NCBI GenBank assembly: GCA_028713635.1
Contig: JAQTNX010000002.1
Span: 1 to 63,286 of the forward strand
DNA length: 63,286 nt
From: Candidatus Bipolaricaulis sp.
Lineage (GTDB): Bacteria; Bipolaricaulota; Bipolaricaulia; UBA7950; UBA9294
Reading direction: 5' to 3'
A program made the translations under genes and the position numbers. This document shows positions 50,975 to 60,424 of the stretch, in pieces. A model generated the notes under the pieces. The model had not been told where the DNA came from. It searched no databases and was given only the letters and a program-made list of their open reading frames with translations. How positions within the stretch are numbered: the stretch's first letter is position 1; every line of letters starts with the position of its first letter.

Positions 50975-52319
50975 AGAATCCGATGAGCTGCGTCGCCCGT
51001 TGATCGAAGACCGCCTGGGAACGCGAGCGCGCGTGTACGGGAACGAACGCGCCGTGCTCGTCGGCATCGATCACGGCCACGCCGGCGAGGGGTTGCTCGA
51101 CGAACTCGAAGCCCTGACCGAGACGGCCGGGATCGTGACCCTGGCGACCGTCGTCCAGAAGCGAGGGCGCCCCGATCCGGCGACGTTCATCGGGAAAGGG
51201 AAAGTCGAGGAGGTCCTCGCGGCGTGCGACGAGCTGGGCGCGGACGCCGTCATCTTCAACGACGAGCTTCACTCGAGCCAAACACGAAACCTCGAGGACG
51301 CCCTCGGCCGCAAGGTCATCGACCGGACGCAGCTGATCATGGACATCTTCGCACAGCGCGCCGCATCCAAAGAAGCGAAGCTTCAGGTCGAGCTTGCCCA
51401 GCTGCGGTATCGTCTCCCCCGCCTACGCGGATGGGGACAGGCGCTGACGCAGACGGGGGGCGGCATCGGCACCCGCGGCCCGGGCGAGACGCAGCTCGAG
51501 ATCGACCGCAACAAGATCACCCGGCGGATGCACGCCCTCGAGCGGCGGCTGCGCAAAGCGGCGGAGGAACGCTCAACGCGCCGGAAGCTGCGCTCGCACG
51601 GGGACCTGCCCCAAGTGGCCCTGGTGGGATACACGAACAGCGGGAAGTCGACGCTCCTCAATCGGCTCTGCGCCTCCGACAGCCTCGTTGAGGACAAGCT
51701 GTTCGCGACGCTCGACACGGTCGTCCGCCGCGGGCCGCTGGGCGACGGGCGCGAGGCGCTGTTCATCGACACCGTCGGGTTCATCCGCGACCTTCCGCAC
51801 CACCTGGTCCCGGCGTTCGCGGCGACGCTCGAGGCTGTCCGCTACGCCGACCTCGTCGTTCACATCGTCGACATCGCTCGGCCTTCGTGGAACGAGGACT
51901 ACCGATCCGTCCTCGATACGCTGGAACGAGAGGTGTTCCGAAACGGCGATGTTCGGCCGCCCGTTCTGAACGCGCTGAACAAGACGGATCTCTGCCCGGA
52001 GGGCGCCGAGCGCGATCTTCCCGGCGTGCGGATCTCGGCGCGTGACGACCTCCACATCGACGAGCTGCTCGAGGCCATCGCCGACATCCTCTACCCGGCC
52101 GATCGCGAAGTCGAGGTCCTCGTTCCGTACGCGACGCTGGGACGTTTCGGGAGCCTTCGGGATCCGCGCAGGGTTCGCTCCCTCGAGTACACCGACGAAG
52201 GGGCGCGCGTCCGCGTCCTCTTGTCTCCGGCGGAGCTGGCCGACGTTCTGGCCAGCGGAGGGAAGGTCAGCGCTTCCGCTTCTTCCCCGGCTGCAGAACC
52301 TCGATCTCGTCAACCGTAG
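50955..52319 (+). CDS. hflX: GTPase HflX
   Basis: IGKGK, DIFAQRA, GIGTRGPGETQLE, VGYTNSGKST, LFATLD, DTVGFI, NKTD. TTG start with AGGAG RBS. Confidence 0.95.
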   Translation: MSDRAPEESDELRRPLIEDRLGTRARVYGNERAVLVGIDHGHAGEGLLDELEALTETAGIVTLATVVQKRGRPDPATFIGKGKVEEVLAACDELGADAVIFNDELHSSQTRNLEDALGRKVIDRTQLIMDIFAQRAASKEAKLQVELAQLRYRLPRLRGWGQALTQTGGGIGTRGPGETQLEIDRNKITRRMHALERRLRKAAEERSTRRKLRSHGDLPQVALVGYTNSGKSTLLNRLCASDSLVEDKLFATLDTVVRRGPLGDGREALFIDTVGFIRDLPHHLVPAFAATLEAVRYADLVVHIVDIARPSWNEDYRSVLDTLEREVFRNGDVRPPVLNALNKTDLCPEGAERDLPGVRISARDDLHIDELLEAIADILYPADREVEVLVPYATLGRFGSLRDPRRVRSLEYTDEGARVRVLLSPAELADVLASGGKVSASASSPAAEPRSRQP

Positions 52320-53088
52320 CCTCGATGCGCTCCCGCTCATCCGTCAGGATCGTCACCGTCTGGCGGAAGATGCTGTGCGAGATCACTTTGCCCTGCTTCT
52401 CGCCGACGGCCACTTGGGCGCCGAGCTTCGGAAGCCGCGCCAGCTCGGCGAGGTACGTCTCGTGTTCGTATGCGAGGCAGCACATCAAGCGCCCGCAGGC
52501 TCCCGTGATCCGTTCCGGAGACACGAACAGCTCCTGGTCGTAGGCGAGATCCATCGGCACGGGCTTCGGCTCGCGCAGGAAGCGGTGGCAGCAGATCTCG
52601 ATGCCGCAACGACCGACGCCGCCGCGCAGCCGCGCCTCGTCGCGCGCGCCCATCTGCCGAAGCTCGATGCGCGTGTTGAACCGGCTCGCCAGGTCGCGGA
52701 GGAGGTTCCGGAAGTCGACGCGGTGTGGCGCTGTGAAGTAGATGCGTAGCTGCTTGCGGTCGAGCGTGTACTCGGCGGCGACGAGGTGCATGGGGAGGTC
52801 GTGGCGGGCGACGGCCTCGCGGGTCGCCATGACGGTGCGTTCCGCGTCGGCCTGGTTGTACCGGTGCGCGTCGAGATCTGTCTCGGTCGCCACGCGGGCG
52901 ACGCGTTCGAGTTGGCCGGAAAGCTCCTGGCCCGCCGGAACCTCTTCCGCCACGGTCCCGAGGCGCAGGCCGTTGTGCTCGACGACACAGGAGTCCCCGA
53001 CATGAAGCGGCAGCTCCCCGGCGTTGAAGTAGGCGGCCTCGCGCTCGAGGTCGAGGATCCGCACGAGAACGATCCGGTCATTCGGCAT
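52267..53088 (-). CDS. PSP1-domain protein (RicT/YaaT-like)
   Basis: YFTAPHRVDFRNL, RIELRQMGARDE, GRCG..CC, RITGACGRLMCCLAYE. Confidence 0.92.
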   Translation of the reverse strand: MPNDRIVLVRILDLEREAAYFNAGELPLHVGDSCVVEHNGLRLGTVAEEVPAGQELSGQLERVARVATETDLDAHRYNQADAERTVMATREAVARHDLPMHLVAAEYTLDRKQLRIYFTAPHRVDFRNLLRDLASRFNTRIELRQMGARDEARLRGGVGRCGIEICCHRFLREPKPVPMDLAYDQELFVSPERITGACGRLMCCLAYEHETYLAELARLPKLGAQVAVGEKQGKVISHSIFRQTVTILTDERERIEATVDEIEVLQPGKKRKR

Positions 53089-54067
53089 GGACGACTCCTC
53101 CGATGGCGAAGAGAAGCGACAGAAGGACGCCCTCCGTCGGTGCAAAAGCATAGAGCGCTCGATGCGCGCGGTCTACGGCAAGGCACGTCCGCTCGAGGAC
53201 GTCCGTGCCGAGGGCCGCCGCCGGCGCGCCCCGATCGGCGGCCGCGATCGCCTGCCGAAGAAGGTCGAAGGCGGCGCCCAGGAGCTCCTGCAGGAAGAGG
53301 AAGAGGGTCGTGCGTTCCTGAGCGGCGAGCTGTGCGACTCCGGTCGTGAAGAGGGCTGGGTCGAGGGCGACGGCCCGGGCCACGATCTCCGTCAGGGATT
53401 CGCGCCGCAAGACCGGATCGTCGCCAATGGCGAACGAGATGACGTCCTCGATCGTGGCCGCCGCGGTCCGCGCCGCTGCGGCAGCCCGCGCCGCCGGAAC
53501 CTCCAGACGCGTCTCCAGGAAGCCGTCGAGGTCGCCCGGGCGGTCGGCGATGCGCGACAGCCATTGGGCGTCGGCGTCGGAGTACCCGGAGGTCGTCAGG
53601 CGTTCCGTGCGCGCCTCTCGCTCCTCGGGCGGGACGCGGACGATGCGGCTGCGGGATACGATTGTGGGCAACAGGTCGCCGGCGTGCTCGGCGAGCAGCG
53701 CAAAGACCATCCCTCGGGGTGGCTCCTCGAGCGTCTTCAAGAGGCCGTTGGCGGCTTCGACGGTCAGGCTCTCGGCCCGCGGAACGAGGCACACCTTGCG
53801 GTCGCTCTCGACGGGCGAGAACTGCGCGGCCCGGATGGCCTCGCGAACCTGGTCGATGCCGATCTTCTCCTTGCCGTCCTCGGCGGCGAGTTCGATGACG
53901 TCGGGGTGGACGCCGCGTTCCGCGAGGGCGCGATCCCTCGGACGCTCGGAGAGCATCGGGGCGGCAAGCCGACGGCCGAGCGCTCGGCGATTCGACCGGG
54001 GCGGGACGAGGTAGAGCGTCGCGGTCGGCGGCCCGGCGGAGGTTCGTGCGTCCGATGCTGATGTCAT
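53078..54067 (-). CDS. holB: DNA polymerase III delta' subunit-like protein
   Basis: HPDV, IGIDQVRE, AANGLLKTLEEPP, LLPTIVSRS. Lies upstream of PSP1 as in holB-yaaT synteny. Start uncertain. Confidence 0.75.
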   Translation of the reverse strand: MTSASDARTSAGPPTATLYLVPPRSNRRALGRRLAAPMLSERPRDRALAERGVHPDVIELAAEDGKEKIGIDQVREAIRAAQFSPVESDRKVCLVPRAESLTVEAANGLLKTLEEPPRGMVFALLAEHAGDLLPTIVSRSRIVRVPPEEREARTERLTTSGYSDADAQWLSRIADRPGDLDGFLETRLEVPAARAAAAARTAAATIEDVISFAIGDDPVLRRESLTEIVARAVALDPALFTTGVAQLAAQERTTLFLFLQELLGAAFDLLRQAIAAADRGAPAAALGTDVLERTCLAVDRAHRALYAFAPTEGVLLSLLFAIGGVVHAE

Positions 54068-54113
54068 CACGGTTTGAGAGTACACGAGGGGTACGCCGTG
54101 CGCAATTCCGGCG

Positions 54114-54617
54114 CTAGGCGGGCGCGGCGATGAGTTCCTCGAGGAGACCGAGGATCGCCTCGCGGTCGCGTGGGGAGATGACGGAGACTCCGTCGGGGAC
54201 CGCGACGTGCTCACCGGTGACGACGGCGACGACGTCAATCTCCCCGGCCAGCGGCTCTCGACGCAGGTCGCGACCCCGCCGGAAGACCTCGATCTTCGGC
54301 CAGGGGCCGTGCTTGAACCCTTCCGCGAGAATGACGTCGCACCCGGCGAACAGACGTTCCAGGTCGCCGGGCAGCTCGCCCTCTCCGTGCTCCCACGTGA
54401 GCGACGAGACACGCTCTCCGCGGAGCAGGACACGGCTTGCGCCGGCCGCGAGGTGCTGTTCGCTGTCCGAGTCGGGGCGATCGACCTCGTCCAGGTGCGG
54501 AGCGTGCTTGACGGTGCCGACTCGATACCCGCGCTCGACGAGGAGTGGGATGATCTCGACGAGGAGGCGTGTCTTCCCGCTGTCCTGATGCCCGATGAAC
54601 GCGATGACGGGGATCAT
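54114..54617 (-). CDS. mobB: Molybdopterin-guanine dinucleotide biosynthesis protein B
   Basis: FIGHQDSGKT, GTVKH, DVILAEGFK, KIEVFR. Confidence 0.9.
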   Translation of the reverse strand: MIPVIAFIGHQDSGKTRLLVEIIPLLVERGYRVGTVKHAPHLDEVDRPDSDSEQHLAAGASRVLLRGERVSSLTWEHGEGELPGDLERLFAGCDVILAEGFKHGPWPKIEVFRRGRDLRREPLAGEIDVVAVVTGEHVAVPDGVSVISPRDREAILGLLEELIAAPA

Positions 54618-56464
54618 GGCGTGGACCTCGGCACCCGGTCGGCGCAGTCCGCCAGTCCGAGGCGCCGGAGTGTGGCGTCTGTCGGTCCGTGGCGATCATA
54701 GCCCCGCTCGTGGTAGTAGGCGGCGACGGCCTCGCTCATCGTCTCCGCCGCAATCGGGTGGCCGGCACTTGCGCCGCGCGGAAGCGGCGTGGCAAAGCGG
54801 GGCGGCAGCTCGTCGGCCTCCATCACGTGCCCGGCGCGGCCCGACAGCATACGAAGGAGCGCGTAGTTGCGAGCTCCGATCCGAAGCATCTCCTCGGCGC
54901 CCATCGCGAGCCCCGTGGCCGCCTCGAGCAGCGACCGGATCGCCGGGAAGTTGTAGGACGATCCGACCTCGCTCGTCGTGAAGCAGCAGAGAACGAGCGA
55001 GTTCGTGAACGATCGCAGGTCCTCGAAGGCGACGGCCGGAGCGATCTTGTCGAGGAGCGTGAACCGGTCGTAGCGCTCCGTCACCCCAAGCTCGGGACAC
55101 GGGGCTTCTCGCTCGAGCATCGTGTCGTGCATCCCTTCGAGGTGCGTTGCGCCGCGCGGGCTTGTCGCGTAAGAGAGACCGAGGCCTTGCTTGCCGCGTG
55201 GCTCGTGCATCGGAAGCTCGACGCCCTTGACGGCCATGGCGAAGTCGGCGCCGAGGTCCCGGGCGAAGAGGTCGAGTCCGTCGGCGAGCCGGTCGCCGAT
55301 TCCCTCACGGCGCGCGAGGGCGTGGACGACCGAGATGATCGCGTGCGGGTCGCCCCACGCGATCTCCTCGTCGATGAGCCCCTTCTCGCTCGCCTCCATC
55401 AAGAAGGCGACGGCGACGCCAGCGGAGATGGTGTCGAGTCCGTAGTCGTTGCACAACTGGTTCGCGAGCGCGATCGAGGAGAGGTTGCTGTTCAAGCACA
55501 TCGACCCGAACGCTCCCACCGTCTCGTACTCCGGTCCGCCGAACTCCGGCAGCACCTCGCATCCGTCGAACATCGTCTTCACGATCCGCTTGCATCGCAC
55601 CGGGCAGCCGGCGCACGTGTCCTGACCGACGAGGATCGTGTCGTGCATCCGTTCGCCGCTGATCGCGTCGGCACCCTCGAATACCCCTTCGGCGAAGTTG
55701 CGCGTTGGGAGAATCCCCTGTTCGGAGAGCCAGGGAACCCCGGACGCCGTGCCGTACTTGCCGAACTCCTGGGAGCGTTCGGTGAGGAACGTCTTCGCGT
55801 ACTCCGCGCGCTCGGCTCGGAACCGGGCCGCGTCGTGGAGGGTCTTCTCGACGTCTCCGCGGACCACGATCGCCTTCAGAAGTTTCGAGCCCATGACGGC
55901 ACCGAGGCCTGGGCGGCCTGCGGAGCGCGTGCGATCGTTGATGATGCATGCCTGGGAGACGAGCGCTTCGCCGGCGATTCCGATCGAACTCACGCGCGAG
56001 CGGGGATGCCGTTCTTGGAGTGTGGTCTCGGTCTCTCCCGTTCCCTTACCCCAGAGGTCGTCGGCCGGGTAGAGCACAGCCGCCCCGTCGAGGAGCGCAA
56101 GGTACACCGGGCGCGGCGAGCGCCCGCGAACGAGGATCCCGTCGTAGCCGGAGCGGCCGAGCTCGTGACCGAAGTGGCCGCCGGCGTACGAGTCGGCCAC
56201 CCACCCCGTCTTCGGCGAGACGGCGAGCACCGCGTGGCGCCCGCCTCCGACGACCCCCGTGCCCTGCAGCGGACCCGTTGCGAAGGCGATCACGTTCTCC
56301 GGGCCGAGTGGATCGACGTGCGCGGGGAGCTCCTCGAGGAGGATGCGGGCGGCGACCCCCTTGCCGCCGAGGTGAAGGCGCGACCACGCCTCGGGAACGG
56401 TGTAGTCCCGGATCGTGCCGGCCGAGAGATCGACATCGAGGTAACGCCCGTAGCGCGCGTCCAT
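54614..56464 (-). CDS. aor: Tungsten-dependent aldehyde:ferredoxin oxidoreductase
   Basis: GGKG, SPKTG, GRPGLGAVMGSK, TCAGCPVRC, GPEYET, GLDTIS, EPRG, SPRGATHL. Confidence 0.93.
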   Translation of the reverse strand: MDARYGRYLDVDLSAGTIRDYTVPEAWSRLHLGGKGVAARILLEELPAHVDPLGPENVIAFATGPLQGTGVVGGGRHAVLAVSPKTGWVADSYAGGHFGHELGRSGYDGILVRGRSPRPVYLALLDGAAVLYPADDLWGKGTGETETTLQERHPRSRVSSIGIAGEALVSQACIINDRTRSAGRPGLGAVMGSKLLKAIVVRGDVEKTLHDAARFRAERAEYAKTFLTERSQEFGKYGTASGVPWLSEQGILPTRNFAEGVFEGADAISGERMHDTILVGQDTCAGCPVRCKRIVKTMFDGCEVLPEFGGPEYETVGAFGSMCLNSNLSSIALANQLCNDYGLDTISAGVAVAFLMEASEKGLIDEEIAWGDPHAIISVVHALARREGIGDRLADGLDLFARDLGADFAMAVKGVELPMHEPRGKQGLGLSYATSPRGATHLEGMHDTMLEREAPCPELGVTERYDRFTLLDKIAPAVAFEDLRSFTNSLVLCCFTTSEVGSSYNFPAIRSLLEAATGLAMGAEEMLRIGARNYALLRMLSGRAGHVMEADELPPRFATPLPRGASAGHPIAAETMSEAVAAYYHERGYDRHGPTDATLRRLGLADCADRVPRSTP

Positions 56465-56646
56465 CGGAGACCCTCCTTGGGTGACTTGAGATTCTACCGG
56501 AGATGAAGGCGGGCATCCCTCCGCGCGGGGTAGGTGGCCCGCGGAGCCCGTTCGGCCGGTCCCTCCGCGGCTCGTTGCGGCGCCGATTCGGGCCCCGGAT
56601 AATCCCATCCGTTGTCGTCACAGAAAGCCGATCACGAGGTGAACCG

Positions 56647-58275
56647 ATGAGAACGCTGTCCCAAGTCCTGCGAGACACGACCACCAAGTTCCCGAAGCGC
56701 CCCGCGATCCTCGATCCGAGCGGCCCGAAGCTCACGTACGCCGAGCTGTCCGACAACGTCGACAGGCTCGCGCGGGGGCTCCTCGACCTCGGCGTCGGGA
56801 AGGGGGACAAGGTGGGCCTCTGGATGCCGAACATCCCCGAGTGGATTGTCGCGTACTTCGCCATCGCTCGGATCGGCGCCGTGGTCGTGCCGATGAACAC
56901 CCGCTACAAGACCCACGAGGTCGAGTACATCCTCGGGAACTCGGAGGCGACGACGCTGTTCGCCGTGGAGGCATTCGTCGGCATCGACTACCTCACGATG
57001 ATCGACGAGATCCGCCCAAAGCTCCCGAACCTGAAGCACGTCGTCATCGTCGGCAAGGCGGGCAAGGACATGCATCGGATGGACGACGTCCTGGCGAGCG
57101 GCGGCCGCGCCCTCGCCGACGGCAAGCTCGCCAAGCGCGAGGCCTTGTGCAAGCCGGAGGACAACGTCTTCATCCTGTACACCTCCGGGACGACGGGGAA
57201 CCCGAAGGGCGCCATGCTCTCGCACCACAACATCGGACACAACGGCGAGCAGGTCACCGAGGTCTTGCACGCGACCGAGAAGGACGTGTTCCTGCTTGCA
57301 GTCCCGTTCTTCCACTGCTTCGGCTGCGTCATGGGGATCGCCGGGGCGATCACGTGGGGCGCGAGCATGGTGCCGATGCAGGTCTTCAAGGCGAACGAGG
57401 CGCTCGAACTGGTCGAGCGGTTCGGGGTCACCGTCCTGTACGGGGTCCCCACGATGTTCGTCCTCGAGCTCGAGGAGAACAGGAAGGGGAAGCCGGGCGG
57501 CGGGACGTACAACATCTCGACCCTGCGCACCGGGATCATGGCCGGTGCTCCCTGCCCGGTCGAAGTCATGCGCGGGACGATGAACGAGATGCACTGCAAC
57601 GTCTCCATCGCCTACGGTCTTACCGAGGCGTCGCCGGTGATCACGATGACCCGCTTCGACGACCCGATCGAGCGGCGCGTCGAGACGGTCAGCCGTGCTC
57701 TCGACGGCATCGAGGTCAAGATCGCCGACGACGACTGGAAGTCCGTGCCGACGGGAGAGACCGGCGACCTCGCCTGTCGTGGCTACAACGTCATGCTTGG
57801 CTACTACAAGATGCCCGACAAGACGGCCGAAGTGATCGACAAGGACGGCTGGCTCTACTCCGGCGACCTCGCGACGATGGACGCCGAAGGGTACGTGAAG
57901 ATCGTCGGGCGGAAGAAGGACATGCTGATCACCGGCGGGTTCAACGTGTACCCCGCCGAGATCGAGGAGTACCTGTTCACCCATCCGAAGGTCCTGAACG
58001 TCTCCGTCATCGGCGTCCCCGACCCCGTGTTCGGCGAGGTGGCCGCCGTGTACGTCATCCCAAAGCAGGGCGCAAAGATCGACCCGCAAGAGCTCGTCGA
58101 CTACTGCGCCAAGGAGATCGCGAACTTCAAAGTGCCGCGCTACATCGTGGTCGTGAACGAGCTTCCGATGACCCAGTCCGGCAAGATCCAGAAGTTCCGG
58201 CTCCGCGAGATGGCGCAGGAGGCGTTCGACCAGGGCAAGATGGTCAAGCTCTCACCTTCCGGCGGGAAGAAGTGA
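56647..58275 (+). CDS. AMP-dependent acyl-CoA synthetase
   Basis: ILYTSGTTGNPKG, YGLTE, SGDL, GRKKD, SGKIQK. Confidence 0.93.
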   Translation: MRTLSQVLRDTTTKFPKRPAILDPSGPKLTYAELSDNVDRLARGLLDLGVGKGDKVGLWMPNIPEWIVAYFAIARIGAVVVPMNTRYKTHEVEYILGNSEATTLFAVEAFVGIDYLTMIDEIRPKLPNLKHVVIVGKAGKDMHRMDDVLASGGRALADGKLAKREALCKPEDNVFILYTSGTTGNPKGAMLSHHNIGHNGEQVTEVLHATEKDVFLLAVPFFHCFGCVMGIAGAITWGASMVPMQVFKANEALELVERFGVTVLYGVPTMFVLELEENRKGKPGGGTYNISTLRTGIMAGAPCPVEVMRGTMNEMHCNVSIAYGLTEASPVITMTRFDDPIERRVETVSRALDGIEVKIADDDWKSVPTGETGDLACRGYNVMLGYYKMPDKTAEVIDKDGWLYSGDLATMDAEGYVKIVGRKKDMLITGGFNVYPAEIEEYLFTHPKVLNVSVIGVPDPVFGEVAAVYVIPKQGAKIDPQELVDYCAKEIANFKVPRYIVVVNELPMTQSGKIQKFRLREMAQEAFDQGKMVKLSPSGGKK

Positions 58276-58291
58276 GCGCGAGGCTCCGAGT

Positions 58292-59575
58292 GTGACGCAC
58301 ATCACGGTCGCTCCAGACGAGGTTGTGCGGCTCGCCTCGGACCTCATCGCAATCGAAAGCCACAAGGACACGCCAGGTCGCGAGGCCGTGATCGGCCGGT
58401 TTCTCGTCGACTGGTTCCGCGAACGCGGCGTCGGCGCCGACCTCTCGCCGGCCCTCGACGGCCGGCCGAACGTGGTTGCGCGCCTCGAGTTGGCAGAGGC
58501 AGGACCGACGCTCCTCTTGAACGGCCACCTCGACACCGTCCCCGCCGGCGACATGAAGGACGCCTTCGCGCCGCGCATCGAGAACGGCGTTCTCTGGGGA
58601 CGTGGCGCGTGCGATATGAAGGCGGCTGTCGCGGCGATGGCTTGTGTTCTCGCCGCGACAGCTCGGGAGTTGCGCGATCGGTCGTCTGCAACTCCTGGCG
58701 GCGGACCGGCCATGGCTTGCGTTCTCGCTGCGACGGCTAGGCAGTTGCGCGACGGGTCGCTCGCAACTGCTCGGGCTCGGGAGACTGGTCCCGTTGCAGG
58801 AACCCTCATCTTCGGTGGCACCGTCGATGAAGAGACCGGGTCGCTTGGTGTGAAGCGACTCATCGAGTCAGGACTCAGGGCCGACTACGCCGTCGTCGGC
58901 GAACCCACGTGCCTGCGTGCCGCGATCGCCCACAAGGGCGCGTGCTTCATCCGCATCACGCTCGTCGGCCGCGGAGCGCATGGAAGCTGCCCCGAGAAAG
59001 GCGTCAGCGCCGCGTCGTACGGCGCGCGGATCCTCGCTGCGCTTGAAGATGAGCTGCGTCCGCGCATCGCCAAGCGCACGTACCCGCTTCTCGGCGCGTC
59101 CACCGTCAGCGTCGGCAGAATCTGCGGCGGCACCGAGCCCAACATCGTCGCCGAACGCTGCGAGCTCGACGTCGACCGCCGAACCATGCCCGGCGAAACC
59201 GCCGCGCTCGCCGAAGTCCGCGAGCTGGTCGGCCGCATCTGCGACGGCGTCGACGGGTTGGCGTACGACGTCGTCGAGATGGACCGCACGTCGATCGTGC
59301 CGCACGTCGCGCTTGGAACCCCGCCCGACTCCAAGCTCGCGCAGGCCTGTGCGGGCGCGTGCCGCGAGGCCGGGCTTCCCGCCGAACCCGTCGGCGTCAC
59401 CTACTGGACCGACGGAGCGCACCTCGCCGCGAACGGCATCGAGACCGTCATCCTCGGCCCCGGCGACATCGCCAACGCCCACGGCCCCAACGACCACGTC
59501 GCCGTGGCGGACATTATCCGCGCTGCCGACCTCTATCTTCGCATAGCCCAGACTCTTCTCGGTGGCAGCGCGTAG
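58292..59575 (+). CDS. M20 family metallo-deacylase (ArgE/DapE-like) with an internal 25-aa duplication
   Basis: NGHLDTVP, GRGACDMK, DEE, GEPT, GRGAHG, AHGPND. Confidence 0.88.
   Translation: MTHITVAPDEVVRLASDLIAIESHKDTPGREAVIGRFLVDWFRERGVGADLSPALDGRPNVVARLELAEAGPTLLLNGHLDTVPAGDMKDAFAPRIENGVLWGRGACDMKAAVAAMACVLAATARELRDRSSATPGGGPAMACVLAATARQLRDGSLATARARETGPVAGTLIFGGTVDEETGSLGVKRLIESGLRADYAVVGEPTCLRAAIAHKGACFIRITLVGRGAHGSCPEKGVSAASYGARILAALEDELRPRIAKRTYPLLGASTVSVGRICGGTEPNIVAERCELDVDRRTMPGETAALAEVRELVGRICDGVDGLAYDVVEMDRTSIVPHVALGTPPDSKLAQACAGACREAGLPAEPVGVTYWTDGAHLAANGIETVILGPGDIANAHGPNDHVAVADIIRAADLYLRIAQTLLGGSA
58637..58786 (+). repeat. 75-nt in-frame tandem duplication inside the M20 gene
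   Basis: ATGGCTTGTGTTCTCGCCGCGACAGCT... at 58637 and ATGGCTTGCGTTCTCGCTGCGACGGCT... at 58712; MACVLAATAR.LRD.S.AT occurs twice. Confidence 0.92.
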
Positions 59576-59873
59576 TGCGCGGTGCGCAGTTCGCGGTAGT
59601 GCCGAGACGTCGCTCGGTGGCAGTGCGTAGTGCGGAGTTCGCGGTTGCCTCCATCTCGTGCGCGGTGCGTGGTTCGCAGTTCGCAGTGCGCGGGCAACCC
59701 AGCAGTCCTTCCTCACAGGCAATTGAGTAGCAGGATTCCAGCATCAACCGCGCCGCGCTCCAAATGAGGCCAACCGCGCACTGCGAACCGCGCACTGCGA
59801 ACTCCGCACCGCGAACCCCGCACCGCGAACTCCGTCTCGCACGTCTCGCACTGCGCCCACGCACTGCGAACTC
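59572..59873. repeat. Inverted arrays of heptamer repeats (GTTCGCA/GTGCGCG-type) flanking an 80-nt core
   Basis: 59679-59693 is the exact reverse complement of 59774-59788 and 59788-59802. 59633-59645 pairs exactly with 59822-59834. Confidence 0.88.
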
Positions 59874-59905
59874 GGCCGCTATACTGAACCGGAAGCGAGG
59901 TAGAC

Positions 59906-60424
59906 ATGGACCTGTACGCCGCAATCCGTGGAAGAAGAAGCGTCCGGCGGTTCGCATCCGCCTCCATCGAGCCAGCCGTTCTCGAGAGGATCATCGACGC
60001 CGCAACCTGGGCTCCGTCGGGTGGGAACGCGCAGACCTGGCGGTTCGTCATCGTCACCGAGCAGGCCAGGATCGCCAAGCTCAAGACCGTCAGTCCCGGC
60101 CTGATCGGCGAGCCCGGCGCCGTGGTCGCCGTCTGCCAAGATCTCGCCGCCGCGCGGGCCAAGGGCAGCGCGCTCGGAGAGGTCCTGCTCGCGCCGTGCG
60201 ACGCCGCGATGGCCGCGCAGAACCTTCTCTTGGCCGCATACGCCGAAGGCCTTGGCACCTGCACCGTGGCCTCGTTCACCCACAGGGCCGTCGCCCGACT
60301 CCTCAAGCTCCCCGAAACCGTCGAGCCGATACTCCTCGTCAGCGTCGGTGTGCCGGACGAAACTCCGAAGGCGCCGGCCCGCAAGACTGAAGGGATCGTT
60401 CATTGGGAGGTCTACGGTGGATAG
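59906..60424 (+). CDS. Nitroreductase family protein
   Basis: AIRGRRSVRRF, APSGGNAQTW, AQNLLLAA, GLGTC. GAGGT RBS. Confidence 0.93.
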   Translation: MDLYAAIRGRRSVRRFASASIEPAVLERIIDAATWAPSGGNAQTWRFVIVTEQARIAKLKTVSPGLIGEPGAVVAVCQDLAAARAKGSALGEVLLAPCDAAMAAQNLLLAAYAEGLGTCTVASFTHRAVARLLKLPETVEPILLVSVGVPDETPKAPARKTEGIVHWEVYGG

